This document shows positions 1 through 12,100 of a DNA stretch of 64,000 nt, piece after piece. Origin of the DNA: Octopus sinensis (Eukaryota); assembly GCF_006345805.1 (NCBI RefSeq), contig NC_043010.1:26350001-26414000 (forward strand), in the 5' to 3' direction. How positions within the stretch are numbered: position 1 is the stretch's first letter; every line of letters begins with the position of its first letter. The notes under the pieces were generated by a model. The model saw nothing but the letters and a program-made list of their open reading frames with translations. It was not told where the DNA came from and ran no database searches. The translations under genes were made by a program, and so were the position numbers.

Positions 1-180
1 GGGATCTAAACTTTCAGGATTATGGGTCCTGATTCGGCTCATAATGTTTTTAATTTACTCACAGAGTCAGCCTGATTCCAAAATGGTATGATATGTTGGG
101 CTATGGCCTCTAAGAGTAAAGTTGGGAAAGTGTGACACACTGACATGAACATATATTTTATTATATTATAGTATTATATT

Positions 181-332
181 AAGGCGGCAAGCTGGTAGAA
201 TCGTTAGCACGCCGGGTGAAATGCTTAGAGGTATTTTGTCTGCTGTTAGGTTTTAAGTTCGAATTCCGACAAGGTTGACTTTGCCTTTTATCCTCTCAGA
301 GGTTGATAAAATTAGTATCAGTTATGTACTGG
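181..332 (+). mobile_element. SINE family S1 (ggcggcgagctggcagaaacgttagcac... head), 3'-truncated
   Basis: Aligns by eye to about 12 other copies (e.g. 3832, 31258), including the central block tttgcctttcatcc...gtcgataaa.taagtac. Confidence 0.8.
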
Positions 333-651
333 TCATCGGCGTGTGACAATCACAGTTGTTGATGAGAAGTAGGTTCCCTTTGAAAATACTGATAAGGCAC
401 AGAAAGTGTGTCTATGGCCAGCTGGAGGAGGTGTCCTCCTGGGGCTACAAACTACAGTAGCATCCACCCTCAGGGGTTAGCCATATTTAAATGGCAAATA
501 TGCGTCACGATGTGTTGTAGCTACTGTTTATAACTCGCTCTGAGATTTATTATTGCTTGTTTACACGTTTTCGATATCAGTGTCTATCGATACTGGAAAA
601 AGGTTTAAGTATTTGTGAAGGGAACCAACTTCTCATTGACAACCATGATTG
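333..651 (+). mobile_element. Penelope/retrozyme-type non-autonomous element, family R4 (relic with inverted 5' piece)
   Basis: 374-511 and 594-651 match the reverse complement of 41195-41330 and 41408-41464. 333-380 is an inverted copy of the segment preceding the hammerhead (cgtgtgacaatc...). Confidence 0.75.
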
Positions 652-1199
652 GGACGAGTACAGCTGTCGGCTGGGTCTATGATTAAGATGATACCGCCAA
701 CTGGACTCTCGAAGGAAGGTGAGGCATGTTTTCACTGCACGGTTGCAGTAATAAAAGAATGCATGTGGCGTACAAGAATGGAAGGAATCGCAATAGGATC
801 CTTTGTCTCAGGCCCCGGCTTGCTCACTTACTTCAGATATCATCTGAAGAGCAAAATGGGGCTGGAAAAGAAGATCTTACCACGAGGTGTGTATGAAAAA
901 AGATGGAAGGACGTGGCAAAAAAGGTGGGTGCCAGAAACCCAGCTTAACTATGGATGGAGGAGAGGAAAGAAAAGCTGCGGGGCCTTATAGGTTGCCGGG
1001 GTTTAAAATATCGGTAAGATCACAAGTTAATGTAATGTTGTAATGTTCTATTAAGTCAATGCAAAGGACCATTTAAATTTTGTTTAAGGAATAATCCATA
1101 TATTATGGAAAATTTTTAATCGAACCACTTAACTGTTTTTTGTATGTATGTCCTGTATTGTCCTTCTATGTAATGATTTTCTAATCGTAATAAAGAAAT
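652..1199 (+). mobile_element. 5'-truncated Tx1/L1-clade LINE (element A), ORF2 C-terminus and 3' UTR
   Basis: ORF 649-948 (KECMWRTRMEG...YFRYHLK...EKRWK) is homologous to the ORF2 C-termini of the full-length copies. Ends in AATAAAGAAAT. 19-bp TSD tcat(t/c)gacaaccatgattg at 633-651 and 1200-1218. Confidence 0.85.
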
Positions 1200-1225
1200 T
1201 CATCGACAACCATGATTGTTACTCG

Positions 1226-3035
1226 TCTAGGGACCCCTCTTTCATCTGCGTTTTGAGAATTTTGCTGCCTTTTTGTTGAGTGAGTTCGTATTTTTTGTTC
1301 GTCGTTGTTTGTGTTACTCGTGAATTGAACAGTTGTCCGTTGTGTAACAGTAATTTTCGCCCTACGGGGCGGAAAATTCTGTGTTTAAACATTGACATTA
1401 CCTTCGAGGTAATTTTTTTGAAACATTTGTTCTCATAATTTGAGAAATGGAGTTCGACTTGGTGTCGAGGAGTGACTTTCCCGTGATGGGAAAAGGTGAA
1501 CAAAAGGATACCGAAGTCAAAAAACAGTCTTTTTCGGCCGCAGTGGGCGGAACCGTAACGGATGTAGAATTCAAGATTGAACAGTTATTCGAATACCGGA
1601 ACTTGGTAAAAACGGAAGGCAATGAAATTAAACTGGTACCGCCGCAAGCGAAGGTACAGGAAATAAAGGCAAAGACAGTTGTATACAAAGTTTATAGCAA
1701 CAAAGAAAAAAAATAATGGATGTCAAGAACGAGATAGTAGAAAAGTGCTTGTCCTCGGTGTGGAACAAAATTCGCCACGTTGTTCGAGGTGCTCGCAGCG
1801 CTACCGTTGAAGCACATTCCGACTCGGCTGATGTGGCAAGAGAGGTGTCATCAATGACCTTGAAAAATGAGGATATCATGTTGCTACCTTCGTATATGGG
1901 AAAAAGAACAGCCAAACTACATGTAGAGGATATACCAAGAGGGTATGATATAATGTGGGTAGCAGCGGCAGTCCTGCACAACGTAGAGCGGGAAGTTTCA
2001 ATTCTGCAGATGAGAAGGAATGAGGAGGTGCACTGGAAAGGACAAGCGCTAGAACTCCTCGTTCAAGCAGAAAATAAGATACTAGAAAACTTACCCGATA
2101 GGGTATTTAATGAGGAGGGAACTTCAATGAGAGTGTCAGTGGAGGGGCGCAGACCTAGGTGCTTCAAATGTGGCGAAAAGGGTCACGTCCGCTCAAACTG
2201 CATAAAAAAAAGAAAATCAACGAAGTCCCTCCTCAAAGTGCTTCAAACACTGAAAAAGAAAAGGTGGAAAAAGAACCCAAGACTGCGACAAGGAAAGGAA
2301 CCGAAACGGAAGATGAAAATGAACAGATGGAATATACACAAGTGACACACAAAAGAAAAAGATAACACCCTGGACTCCCCTCCCCAAACAAAGAAAAAAT
2401 CAGCAAACACCGCAGAGATACAAACAAAACAAATTCCCCAGCCCTACCCCCACGGCACTGTATTCATTGGAACACAGTTCGCCAAGCCCCTCCCCATAAA
2501 ACAAGATTTGAAAAAATTGATTAAAAAAATGAAAAGATTATAGCATTTGACGAGAAGAACGATAGGGTGTACAAGTATTTCAAATTTTCAAAATTTAAAC
2601 TATTCAGTAAGTCTACAGACACAAAATCAACCACTCGCTTTGCAAAAATAAAGGAAGACAAGTGGAAGGAAAAAACACTACAAGAACATTTAAAGAATAA
2701 TCTCATCAGAGATGTAACGAATGAAATACTGGAGGGTAAACTCATTATAACCCCGGCAACCACACCTACTCAGAGCCCGATGGCAACGCCGGTTAAGAGC
2801 CCTGCAGCTACGACCACAAGGGAGGAAGAAGGGGAAGCAGGCAGATTTAAACTGTCATGCTCCCTGTCCCAACCGTAAGCTTATTTATTTTTTCTCTCTC
2901 CGACAATGGCAAAGCTGGGTTGTGTGAATGTGCGTGGGATGGGGTCGAAATGGAAACAAATTTGTTTCCTGAACGACCTCACGACACACGGAGTGGACGT
3001 AGCTATTGTAACTGAGTCCAAGATGAACGGGGCCC
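1226..3035 (+). mobile_element. Tx1/L1-clade LINE 5' portion (element B): 5' UTR, frameshifted ORF1, start of ORF2
   Basis: ORF1 pieces at 1447-1716, 1716-2345 (zinc knuckle CFKCGEKGHVRSNC) and 2567-2878. ORF2 starts at ATG 2906 (MAKLGCVNVRGM...DVAIVTESK, APE N-terminus) and is truncated near 3035. Confidence 0.8.
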
Positions 3036-3831
3036 CATTTTCTCCCTAACCCTAGATTTGTTTATTTTTGTAAATTTTTTTACCAAAAATCCCCGTTTTC
3101 AGATACGGAGGTTCCGGAAAATTGCCAAAAATCGGCATTGGGAAATTCTCCCCTCCCCGCCCCAACTTCTTCAATTTTGACTTTTTTCTCCAACACTAAC
3201 CTTAAAACCCTAACCCTAACACCGTAAGTATAGAAATGTTTTGAAATTATTGTCCGAATCACGATGTCCGTATTTTTCCGCATATTTATAAAAAAAAAAA
3301 AATTCTTAAAAAAAATTTTACAAAGATTTTTAGAAATTTTTTTCACAATCATAATCTTCGTATTTTTCCGCATATTTTGAAAAAAAAATAAATTGTGAAA
3401 AAAAGTTTAAAATGAAGGAAATGGGGGTGGGGTGGTAATTTAGATATGTCGATTTTTGCCAATTTTTTTTGCAGATTCGTATTCTCCGTAGCCGAAAAGG
3501 AGGGTGCAGGGGTTCGAAATTTTTTTTTTTTTAAGGGTGGTTTTTGCGGGTGGGAGGACGGGCGGAAGTCTTGCCATTATTTCTCGTTCTCACTATAAGC
3601 CGTATTTTGCAGTTTTGTTAGACGTTGCAGTGTTGATGACGCACTCTGATTTTGGAGATGTTATTCTTGGGATAAAAATATACTTACCAAATCCCATTTA
3701 CATGATGGAGCTGTGCGCGGCAGGCACACGTTAAATACCTGTTATCAGACAAAATTGCTGGGAAAACCAGCGGAGTGTTCATACCCATGCTTGAGCGAAA
3801 TCCTTAGACAATATTTCTCGTTGCCATTAAG

Positions 3832-4040
3832 GGCGGCGAGGTGGCAGAAACGTTAGCACGCCGGGCGAAATGCGTAGCCGTATTTCGTCTGCCGTTACGT
3901 TCTGAGTTCAAATTCCGCCGAGGTCGACTTTGCCTTTCATATTTTCGGGTTCGATTAAATAAGTACTCTTTGAGCACTGGGTCGATGTAATCGACTTAGC
4001 TTCTCCCCAGAAGTTTCCTGCAAGATAATTTTCCCCCACA
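3832..4040 (+). mobile_element. SINE family S1
   Basis: Near-consensus copy of the S1 head and central block. Confidence 0.85.
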
Positions 4041-4392
4041 CACCGGGAGATCACGTGCAGAACGATATACAATAAAATGCATATATAATGTAATCATTAG
4101 ATATATATTAAATATATAATAGTAATAATATAATGCGAAAACATCGTGCTGCAATAGTCGATAAAATTTGAAAAATTGGTTGGGAATCCCCGATTTAAAC
4201 AATAAGCCAATATTTCACAATTTCTCAGTAGATAGTACCTGCAGTGGGCATTAGTAAAAGAGCACTGTAGCAAGAAGGATAGTGTAGCTGCCACAGAGTA
4301 AAAACAAAAAAAACTTTATTTATTTACAGAATAATTGTATTTCTATCAATATTATTAGCTAAATCAAAGAGGGGCGGCGAGCTGACAGAGTC

Positions 4393-4612
4393 GGGCGTAG
4401 TGGTTAAGAGCGCTGGCTACTAACCCCAAGATTCCGAGTTCGATTCCAAGCAGTGACCTGAACAATAATAATAACATTGAAAAATATCTTAGGAATGAGA
4501 ACCCAGGATTGAAATGCCCTCAAGACACCTGATGAAGGCTGGAGGGTATATCAGCCGAAATGTGTTAACAACAAACAAGATGAGAACAAATATCCGTCGA
4601 ATGTAAATAATG
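4393..4612 (+). mobile_element. tRNA-derived SINE with a hammerhead-like tail
   Basis: A-box-like GGCGTAGTGGTTAA (4394) and B-box-like GAGTTCGATTCC (4436), followed by CTGATGA-A-GGCTG-loop-CAGCC-GAAA at 4529-4560. Confidence 0.65.
4524..4566 (+). ncRNA. Degenerate minimal type I hammerhead ribozyme motif
   Basis: Stem I gacac/gtgtt, core CTGATGA, extra A, stem II GGCTG/CAGCC, GAAA. Only one nucleotide remains where stem III and the NUH triplet should be, so this copy is probably inactive. Confidence 0.55.
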
Positions 4613-4764
4613 AACAACAATAATACTAATAAAGATAATACTTAAAAAAAAAAAAAAACTACACCAAGTGCCACATACTGGAGAAGGCTCTCAGTAATAA
4701 CAGTGTAGCAAAACGGTGGTGCATCAGCATGGCCGCAGCTCTGAGCTGAAACTACAGAGAAAAA

Positions 4765-5165
4765 AAAATCTCGGATGAAATGCCTCGCAGCATTTTGGTT
4801 TTATGTTCAAAGTTCAAATTCTGCCGAGGCTGATTTTGCTTTTCATCCTTTCGGGGTCGATAAAATAAGTAACAGTTGAGCACTGGCGGTCGATATAATC
4901 GACTTAGCTCCTCTCCACGAACTTGCTGGCCTCGTGTCAAAATTTGAAACTAATATTATAAATTAAAGCAAAGAGGATCGGCAAGATGGCAGAATCGTTA
5001 GTGCGTCGGATGAAATGCCGTTAAGCATTTTGTCCGACTAGCTAACGATTTTGCCAGCTCGTCTTTCCGTTCTGAGTTCAAATTCTATCGAAGTCGATTT
5101 TGTCTTTCATCTTTTACGGGACCAATAAAACAGATATCAACCTGAGCACTGAAATCAATTTAAAC
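4765..5165 (+). mobile_element. Two adjacent diverged S1 SINE copies (about 4765-4960 and 4975-5165)
   Basis: Both contain gttcaaattc...gattttg..tttcatc.ttt.c.ggg.c.ataaaa. Confidence 0.7.
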
Positions 5166-5178
5166 AGGAGTGGCTGTA

Positions 5179-5545
5179 TAGGCGTAGGAGTGGCTGTGTG
5201 GTAAGTAGCTGGCTTACGAACCACATGGTTCCGGGTTCAATCCCATTGCGTGGCACCTTGGGCAAGTATCTTCGGGCCGACCAAAGCTTTGTGAGTGGAT
5301 TTGGTAGACAGAAACTGAAAGAAGCCCGTCGCATGTAATGTAATGTAATGTATGTATGTATGTATGAGTTTCTGTGTCTGTCCCCAGACAACCGATGCTG
5401 CTTTGTTTACGTCCCCGTAACTTAGCGGTTCGGCAAGAGACCGATTAGAATAAGTACTAGGCTTACAAAGAATAAGTCCTGGGGGCGATTTGCTCGACTA
5501 AAGGCGGTGCTCCAGCATGGCCACAGTCAAATAAAAGAGTAACTA
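5179..5545 (+). mobile_element. SINE family S2 (taggcgcaggagtggctgtgtggtaag... head)
   Basis: tRNA-like head, accttgggcaagt block, internal microsatellite, tail ggcggtgctccagcatggcc.cagtcaaat. Confidence 0.85.
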
Positions 5546-6568
5546 ACCCGTTCCCATCAAAGGTACAGACCTTGAGCCTATAATAGAAAACATCAAAATT
5601 AAATCAAAATGTTTTACAGTATAGAAACCACTTGAAATTACTAAGTAATAAACTCAGTCTCTGAGTTCAGTTAACTCGAAGAAAACCACAGCAATAACTT
5701 CTTAACTAGCATCGTAAAAGGTGAAGAGTAAACGCCTAAACCTCAATGTATTGTTTTTATGAAAACGTCCCCGTTTTCCAGACTGTAAAATACGAGGATC
5801 AATTTTTCTCTTTGATAATTAGTTCCATGACCTTGCTGATATATAAAGTCAGAAATAGAAGCAAAGAGAGAGACGGAGATAGGGCCGTAAATTTTAGCAC
5901 CTGTTCTACTTCCCACCTTATGGGTAAAATGTACCGTGCCCTGTTTTAGCATTTGGTTAACCTTTTAAATATCCAAAACCTTCGCCCTTTTTTTTTCCGG
6001 TGGTGACTGCACCAAAAAAAAGGTAAATTCAAAAAAATATTATTATATTTATAGAAAGAAGGCTGTCGAGGAAGCCGCGGTTGAAAACCGCTAGAATCGA
6101 TGTAAACGCTGATTTGGGGGTAGGGGAGAAATGTGAGTAACCCTTAGCAGTGATCTCAAAGCAATCACTCCTGAAGGAAGTGATTGCTTTTTTTTTTATT
6201 TTCTTCAGAACTGTCAGAAAAAATATCATGGTCTGTTGTTGTAGTTAAGCCTATTTCATCCATTCCAGATATTTGCATCGCCGAGACATTTCGTGTATCG
6301 GGGATGAAATTACCTCGCAAGGAAACGACCAGTATGTTTAATACGCGATGGTCACTTCAAATAAACACACACACACACACACACACACACGTGCAAGTAC
6401 AGACACGAATACACGTATATACACTTACAGACATGCTCACACACGCACGCATATACATCACGCGCACACACACACACGAAGTTAAAAAACACTGTCCAGC
6501 TTACAAGCTCATTAGGCTGAAGCTTATCCTGGTTTCGAAGACATTCAGACTATGTGAACACACACACA

Positions 6569-6606
<38 letters not shown>

Positions 6607-6649
6607 CACATATAGGCACATGAGTGGATGTGTGATAGGTACTTATTTC

Positions 6650-6810
6650 AGTCATTTGACTGTGGCCAATCTGGAGCACCGCCTTTTAGTCGAACAAATC
6701 GACCCCAGAATTTATTCTTTGTATGCCTAGTACTTATTCTATCCACCTCTTTTGCCGAACCGCTAAGTTACGAGGACGTAAACACACCAGCGTCGGTTGT
6801 CAAGCGATTG
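6650..6810 (-). mobile_element. S2 SINE, 3' half
   Basis: Reverse complement of the S2 tail (ctggagcaccgcc...gccgaaccgctaagttac). Confidence 0.8.
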
Positions 6811-7139
6811 TGGGGGAACGCATGCACACACACGTGCATGAGTGGATGTGTCATTAGGGTTCAGCAAAAATTTGCTTCACCACTTACCGAAATTTAGAAA
6901 TAGCAGTTAAAACTACTATTTTTTCACTACCATAAGAAAATCTACCAAACAGTAATACTCAACAACTCACGCAGGTAAAGAGAAAAAAAATAACGAATCC
7001 ACCCAGCTTTGATTAACTGCATACACGTTTCGGAGTTAGAGAGATGTGAAAAATGTAAAATCATATTTCTACTTTCCCATTATCCTCTTCAGGACAGTAA
7101 TTCCAGATTTTAAATTTCTGTTGATTTCAAAGAGACAAC

Positions 7140-7370
7140 ACCTTCTTTCGAAGGCTCGTAACAGGTGATGAAACATGAGTTCGTCATTATGAACCGGAAT
7201 CAAAGAGACAGTCAATGGAATGGCGCCACTCTACGTCACCACCATCGAAAAAGTTCAAGACGCAAAAGTCAACTAGAAAAAAACATGGCGACTGTCTTTT
7301 GGGATGCTCAGGGTGTCATTCTGGTCAATTTCTTGCAAAAAGGAAAAACAATAACCACAAATAAGCTTCA
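7140..7370 (+). pseudogene. Mariner transposase catalytic-domain fragment
   Basis: Reads TGDET*VRHYEPESKRQSMEWRHSTSPPSKKFKTQ...MATVFWDAQGVILVNFLQKGKTIT across a frameshift. Confidence 0.8.
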
Positions 7371-7439
7371 TTTTGATGAATGATACATGTTCCTGTTCTA
7401 TACAAAATGGCATTACTTTTTGACTCACCCTCGTGTAAA

Positions 7440-7605
7440 TATATACGACGGGCTTCTTTCAGTTTCCGTCTACCAAATCCACTCACAAGGCTTTGGTCGA
7501 CCCAAGGCTATAGTAGAAGACACTTGCTCAAGGTGCCACGCAGTGGGACTGAACCCAGAACCATGTGGTTAAGCAACATACCTATTAACACAGCTACTCC
7601 TGCGC
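7440..7605 (-). mobile_element. S2 SINE, 5' half
   Basis: Reverse complement of the S2 head and body. Confidence 0.8.
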
Positions 7606-7980
7606 ATATATATATATATATATAATTTTATTATATGGATTGATAAGAACCGAAGTACATCTGTTCGTAGGAGGCCAGAAGTGGGTAGATACGATGACAG
7701 GTCCTGCTGAAATAAATAAATTTGAATACATCAAGTGTTAGTAAGATACCGTGGATATACAAGAACCAAATCTGGCATGAATGCCATGCAATACAGCATG
7801 TCGTTCCCAAATTTCTAGCAGAGTGAATTGCGTCATGGTGCTGTTTTTCTCACAGACGGTGCCCAACTGACCCTAGTATACTGTGTAGTCGACAAAATTT
7901 AAAACGAACAACAAGCATGCGCGAAATAGAAAATATAGAATGGCGACAATTTACCCATCGCACCCTCTGTGTGTATGTAT

Positions 7981-8011
<31 letters not shown>

Positions 8012-8131
8012 CATGTATAATATATAATATACATATATATATAGGTATAATATATATATATATATATAACATATATAATATACATATATATACACACACA
8101 TATATGTATTTATACATATATTATATGTACA

Positions 8132-8560
8132 TAGGCGCAGGAGTGGCTGTGTGGTAAGTAGCTTGCTAACCAACCACATGGTTCCGGGTTCAGTCCCACT
8201 GCGTGGCATCTTGGGCAAGTGTCTTCTGCTATAGCCCCGGGCCGACCAATGCCTTGTGAGTGGATTTGGTAGACGGAAACTGAAAGAAGCCTGTCGTATA
8301 TGTATATTATATATATATATATATATATGTATGTGTATGTGTGTTTGTGTGTCTGTGTTTGCCCCCCTACCATTGCTTGACAACCGATGCTGGTGTGTTT
8401 ACGTCCCTGTCACTTAGCGGTTCGGCAAAAGAGACCGATAGAATAAGTACTGGGCTTACAAAGAATAAGTTCCGGGGTCGATTTCCTCGACTAAAAAGGC
8501 GGTGCTCCAGCATGGCCGCAGTCAAATGACTGAAACAAGTAAAAGAGTAAAAGAATAAAA
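8132..8560 (+). mobile_element. S2 SINE, full length
   Basis: Complete head, body, internal (TA)/(GT) tract and gtaaaaga tail. Confidence 0.9.
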
Positions 8561-8601
8561 GAGTATATATAGATACATACATACATTCGTGTGTGTATAT
8601 T

Positions 8602-8635
<34 letters not shown>

Positions 8636-8643
<8 letters not shown>

Positions 8644-8963
8644 AAAAATATGGTAAAGTAAAAGAATTCACTTTACCACACACCGAACTTTTCAGAAATA
8701 GCAGCCAAAAATTTGGCTATTTCTTCAACTGCAAATAAAAGTCTCCAGACAATGCATACTCAGAAAAATAACTCACATAGGTATAAGGGAAAAACAATGA
8801 AAGATCACATCCATACGATACCCGAGGACAGTCTGTTTCTGGATTTGTGGGTAAAACGCCACTTTTCCTTCATCAGCTCAGAGATTTCTTCTGATTTAGA
8901 TTTGAAAATACTAAGAATCAAACATACCCGTCCGATATCTGTAACATCGGACAAACCATGCCA
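8636..8963 (-). mobile_element. Penelope/retrozyme-type non-autonomous element, family R2, 3' part (interrupted by LINE C)
   Basis: 8636-8781 is a 146-bp direct repeat of 14291-14436. Carries the hammerhead at 8821-8882 and ends in (TA)n. Confidence 0.75.
8821..8882 (-). ncRNA. Type I hammerhead ribozyme motif with extended stem II
   Basis: Minus strand reads tctgag CTGATGA A GGA aaa GTGG cgttttac CCAC aaa TCC A GAAA CAG a CTG TC ctcggg. Stems I, II and III and a GUC triplet are present; the base of stem II is an atypical A.A apposition. Confidence 0.7.
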
Positions 8964-9169
8964 ATTTCTTTATTACCCACTAGGGGCGACATAGAGTACA
9001 CATACAATCACGAATGATGAAAAAAAATAATTATGAACATTTGGGGTCGGTTAAAAATCGGAAATGAATAATAAATCGAATGGTTACACAATAGACACAA
9101 TTAACAAAATTACAAGATGCAGTGGGGCGGGTCCGCGACCCCATGCTCCCCGCCACGACACTTAGCCTT

Positions 9170-12100
9170 GTGGTTTCCTTTTTCTTCCTATCTCACATTT
9201 GTGAGGGATCTTTTACTCTCCACATTTTTCCATCTTTCATCAAACACTTTCTTACTCAGGCTCCTTCTCTCCAGTTCTATATGTCTTTTAGGTGGAATTT
9301 AAAATATTCCACCAGACTTGAACCAGAGATGAAGTCGCCTGTTATCATTCCTTTCATCCTTGTCTTCCATACTACCTGTTTCGCAGTTGAAACCACGGCG
9401 AGAAAACAAAACTTACCTTCTTTCGTTAAGAAATCAGGTGGGCTGATTTTTACAATAGATTCGGCTGATAGCTGTACTCTTCGTTCACCTGACATTAGTT
9501 GTTCGGCACAATCCCACATATCTTTCACCCCCGAACACTGCACGATCGCGTGCGAGACGGTTTCCCGTTCTCGCCCACACCTCGTACAGGTCGGGCTGAC
9601 TTGGCAACCGTGCCTTGTAAGCTTGTCCCGAACAGGTAAGGCTCCTCGGTAGCACTGCCAAGCCAAAGACTTCTGGAAATTATCCAGTGTCTTCGGCCCG
9701 AATGTACGTTGGAACAGACTGGCCAGCTGATTATCGTCGAAACCTAGGGCTTCCCCTAGCGTATCATCATTACCGGCCTCTACAAACCCTCTTTAAAACA
9801 CAGCGGTAGAACCACTGCCGCAGGCATTACCCGAGCGACGGAATAGTCGGAGTGCCTTGCGACACTCCGTATACCACGTACCCAACTTCGATCTGCAATT
9901 ATACCAGTCCTCCCGGCCACCGAAACTGGTGAACCTGGGGAACATCTGTTTCGCCAGCGGAGACCACACCCGTTCACTACCCAGATGGAGCCACAGGTAC
10001 CTTAGCCTCAGCGCATTTCTGCGCATCATTAGCCACGGCATCCCTAGTCCACCCTGTAACGGTTTTTGACAGCAGACAGAGCGTCTCACAAGCGGTTTCG
10101 AGCCCTTCCACAAGAAGCGAAAGAGCTGTCTCTCCAACTTGATCAACCACGAATCCTGGCAAGGCACGACGGCAAGGCGGTAGGTGATCACCGATGCTAT
10201 AAACACATTGGCTACCTCCGCCCTACCTTTCAAGGATAACCACCGCCAAGACCAAATCTTGACTATTGCAGCCACCTTGCTCGATACCTCGCTCCAGTTC
10301 TTCTCTATTTGGAGGTCCGGACCGAACCAAACCCCGAGCAACTTAATCGGGCCCTCCGTCCAACGTCCCACGACGCTGTCTGGAGGCATCGACTTGCCTC
10401 TCCAGGTGCCGAGTTGCAAGCCGAACGACTTTTCACGATTAACTTTTGCTCCTGTCACCGTCTCGTAAACCTCTATGGCTTTGCCTACTTTACGTAGGTG
10501 GTCCACTTCAGTCACGATGATAGTGATGTCATCCGCGTACGCCGAAACCGACATATCACGTCCTTGTTGCCTCGGGATGCCGCTCAGTCTTTGCAGCAGC
10601 GGCTCCAGGGCCACTACATACAAAAGCGGGGAGAGGACATCCCTGGCGAACCGAGCGTTTGACCTTGAACGGCTTAGAAAGAAAGCCGTTCACCTGAACT
10701 ACCGAGTCGGCGTTGTCATACATTTCGATGATCCACCTGAGGAAGCCAAGACCTAGGCCGAACTGAGCAGAACGGACACCAGGTAGTGATGGTCGACCCT
10801 ATCGAACGCTTTAGACTGGTCTAAATGGACCACTGCCCCTCCCTTGCCGGGATCGTTATTTATTCCCTCTATCGTGTATCTAATAAGATGGAGATTATCC
10901 TGAATGGCTCTGCCCGGTACGGCGCACGTTTGCGCTTTCCCAATCAGTCCATTCGCGACACGCGCCAATCTGTTCGATAACACTTTGGCCAAAATCTTCA
11001 ACTCTGCGTTAAGCAGAGTGATGGGCCTGAAATTATCTATTACATCCCCCTTGCTCTGGTCCTTCCTGATTAGCGTCACCACTCCCCGGCGCACAGATCT
11101 GGGGATAAACCCATTCTGCTGCCAGTTTGCGTAGACGCCGTCAGTAAGTCCCGAACAAGTCCGGCATACTTTTATAAAGCTCGTAGGGTAGACCATCCAG
11201 TCCCGGCGCCTTACCCGCACCGCAGTCCGCCATGGCCTCTATTACCTCCTCAGGTGTGATCGGCTCCTCACTACACTTCGCATCCTGCCCCGAGAGGCGC
11301 GGCAGCCCGTCGAGGAGGTCCGTAAGGTCCTCCCCTATCGGTCCGCCGCTCCCCCGAAAAGCTGGGCGAAGTGGTCCTGAAAAGCTTGACACATCTCCTC
11401 GGGCTCGTCTGTCAACTTACCTTGTTGGTTCGCCAGAGATCGAATTGTAGCATCGTTGCCACGTTGGGCTTCCACCACTCGGGCCCATCCTGCAGCCTTG
11501 ATTCCTTCGCTCCCCATCGTACGTTGTCTAGCCCTGACAATGCAACCCATGTGTTGGCTTCGATGCTGGTTAAGAACCAGTCTCTTGACCTTCACCTGGT
11601 CTGCATTGCCAGTTCGCATTGCTTCCTCTAAGTCCTTAACTAGTGTAGTTACCTCTCTAGCCTCTCTAGCTACAAGATTAGTACTATATCTAACGGACTC
11701 ATATTTTATGGCTCGCTTAAGGGCATACCACCATTTGTTGTTACAAATGGAGCCGGTCATGGCCCTCTGGATTATTAACCTAATCCTGTCCCTGTACTCC
11801 TTAATCGCCAAAAGGGACGTATTAAGTTTCCAGTAACCAGGACCTCTAGTTATCTTATCTACGTCTAGCCTACAGGTGACCATCTTGTGGTCACTGTAGC
11901 TGACTATATGGAGTTGTGGACTCTTAACTAGGTTCTTATCTACCTTCCTAATTAATATCCTGTCTATGTATGACTTTACCGATCCGTCGCTATTTGACAC
12001 GTCCACAGTGGAGCGCCCGGATGTTCCAGTCTATATGGATCTACCAGCTCAAACGTCTTAGTAGATCCAGGAAGCAAGTATTTCCTTTTCTGTCTGTTCG

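Noticed and set aside
3040-3560. AT-rich repeat with ccctaacc units and poly(A/T) runs (similar material at 5960-6200)
   Set aside because: Probably a TE relic, but I could not define termini, a TSD or a family.
4393-4460. tRNA-like sequences (also 34905-34980 and the S2 heads)
   Set aside because: No complete acceptor and anticodon stems; they continue into SINE bodies.
6184-6345. Possible host exon (polypyrimidine tract and CAG at about 6210, GTATGT at about 6332)
   Set aside because: The encoded peptide has no recognisable homology and no partner exons were found; needs RNA-seq.
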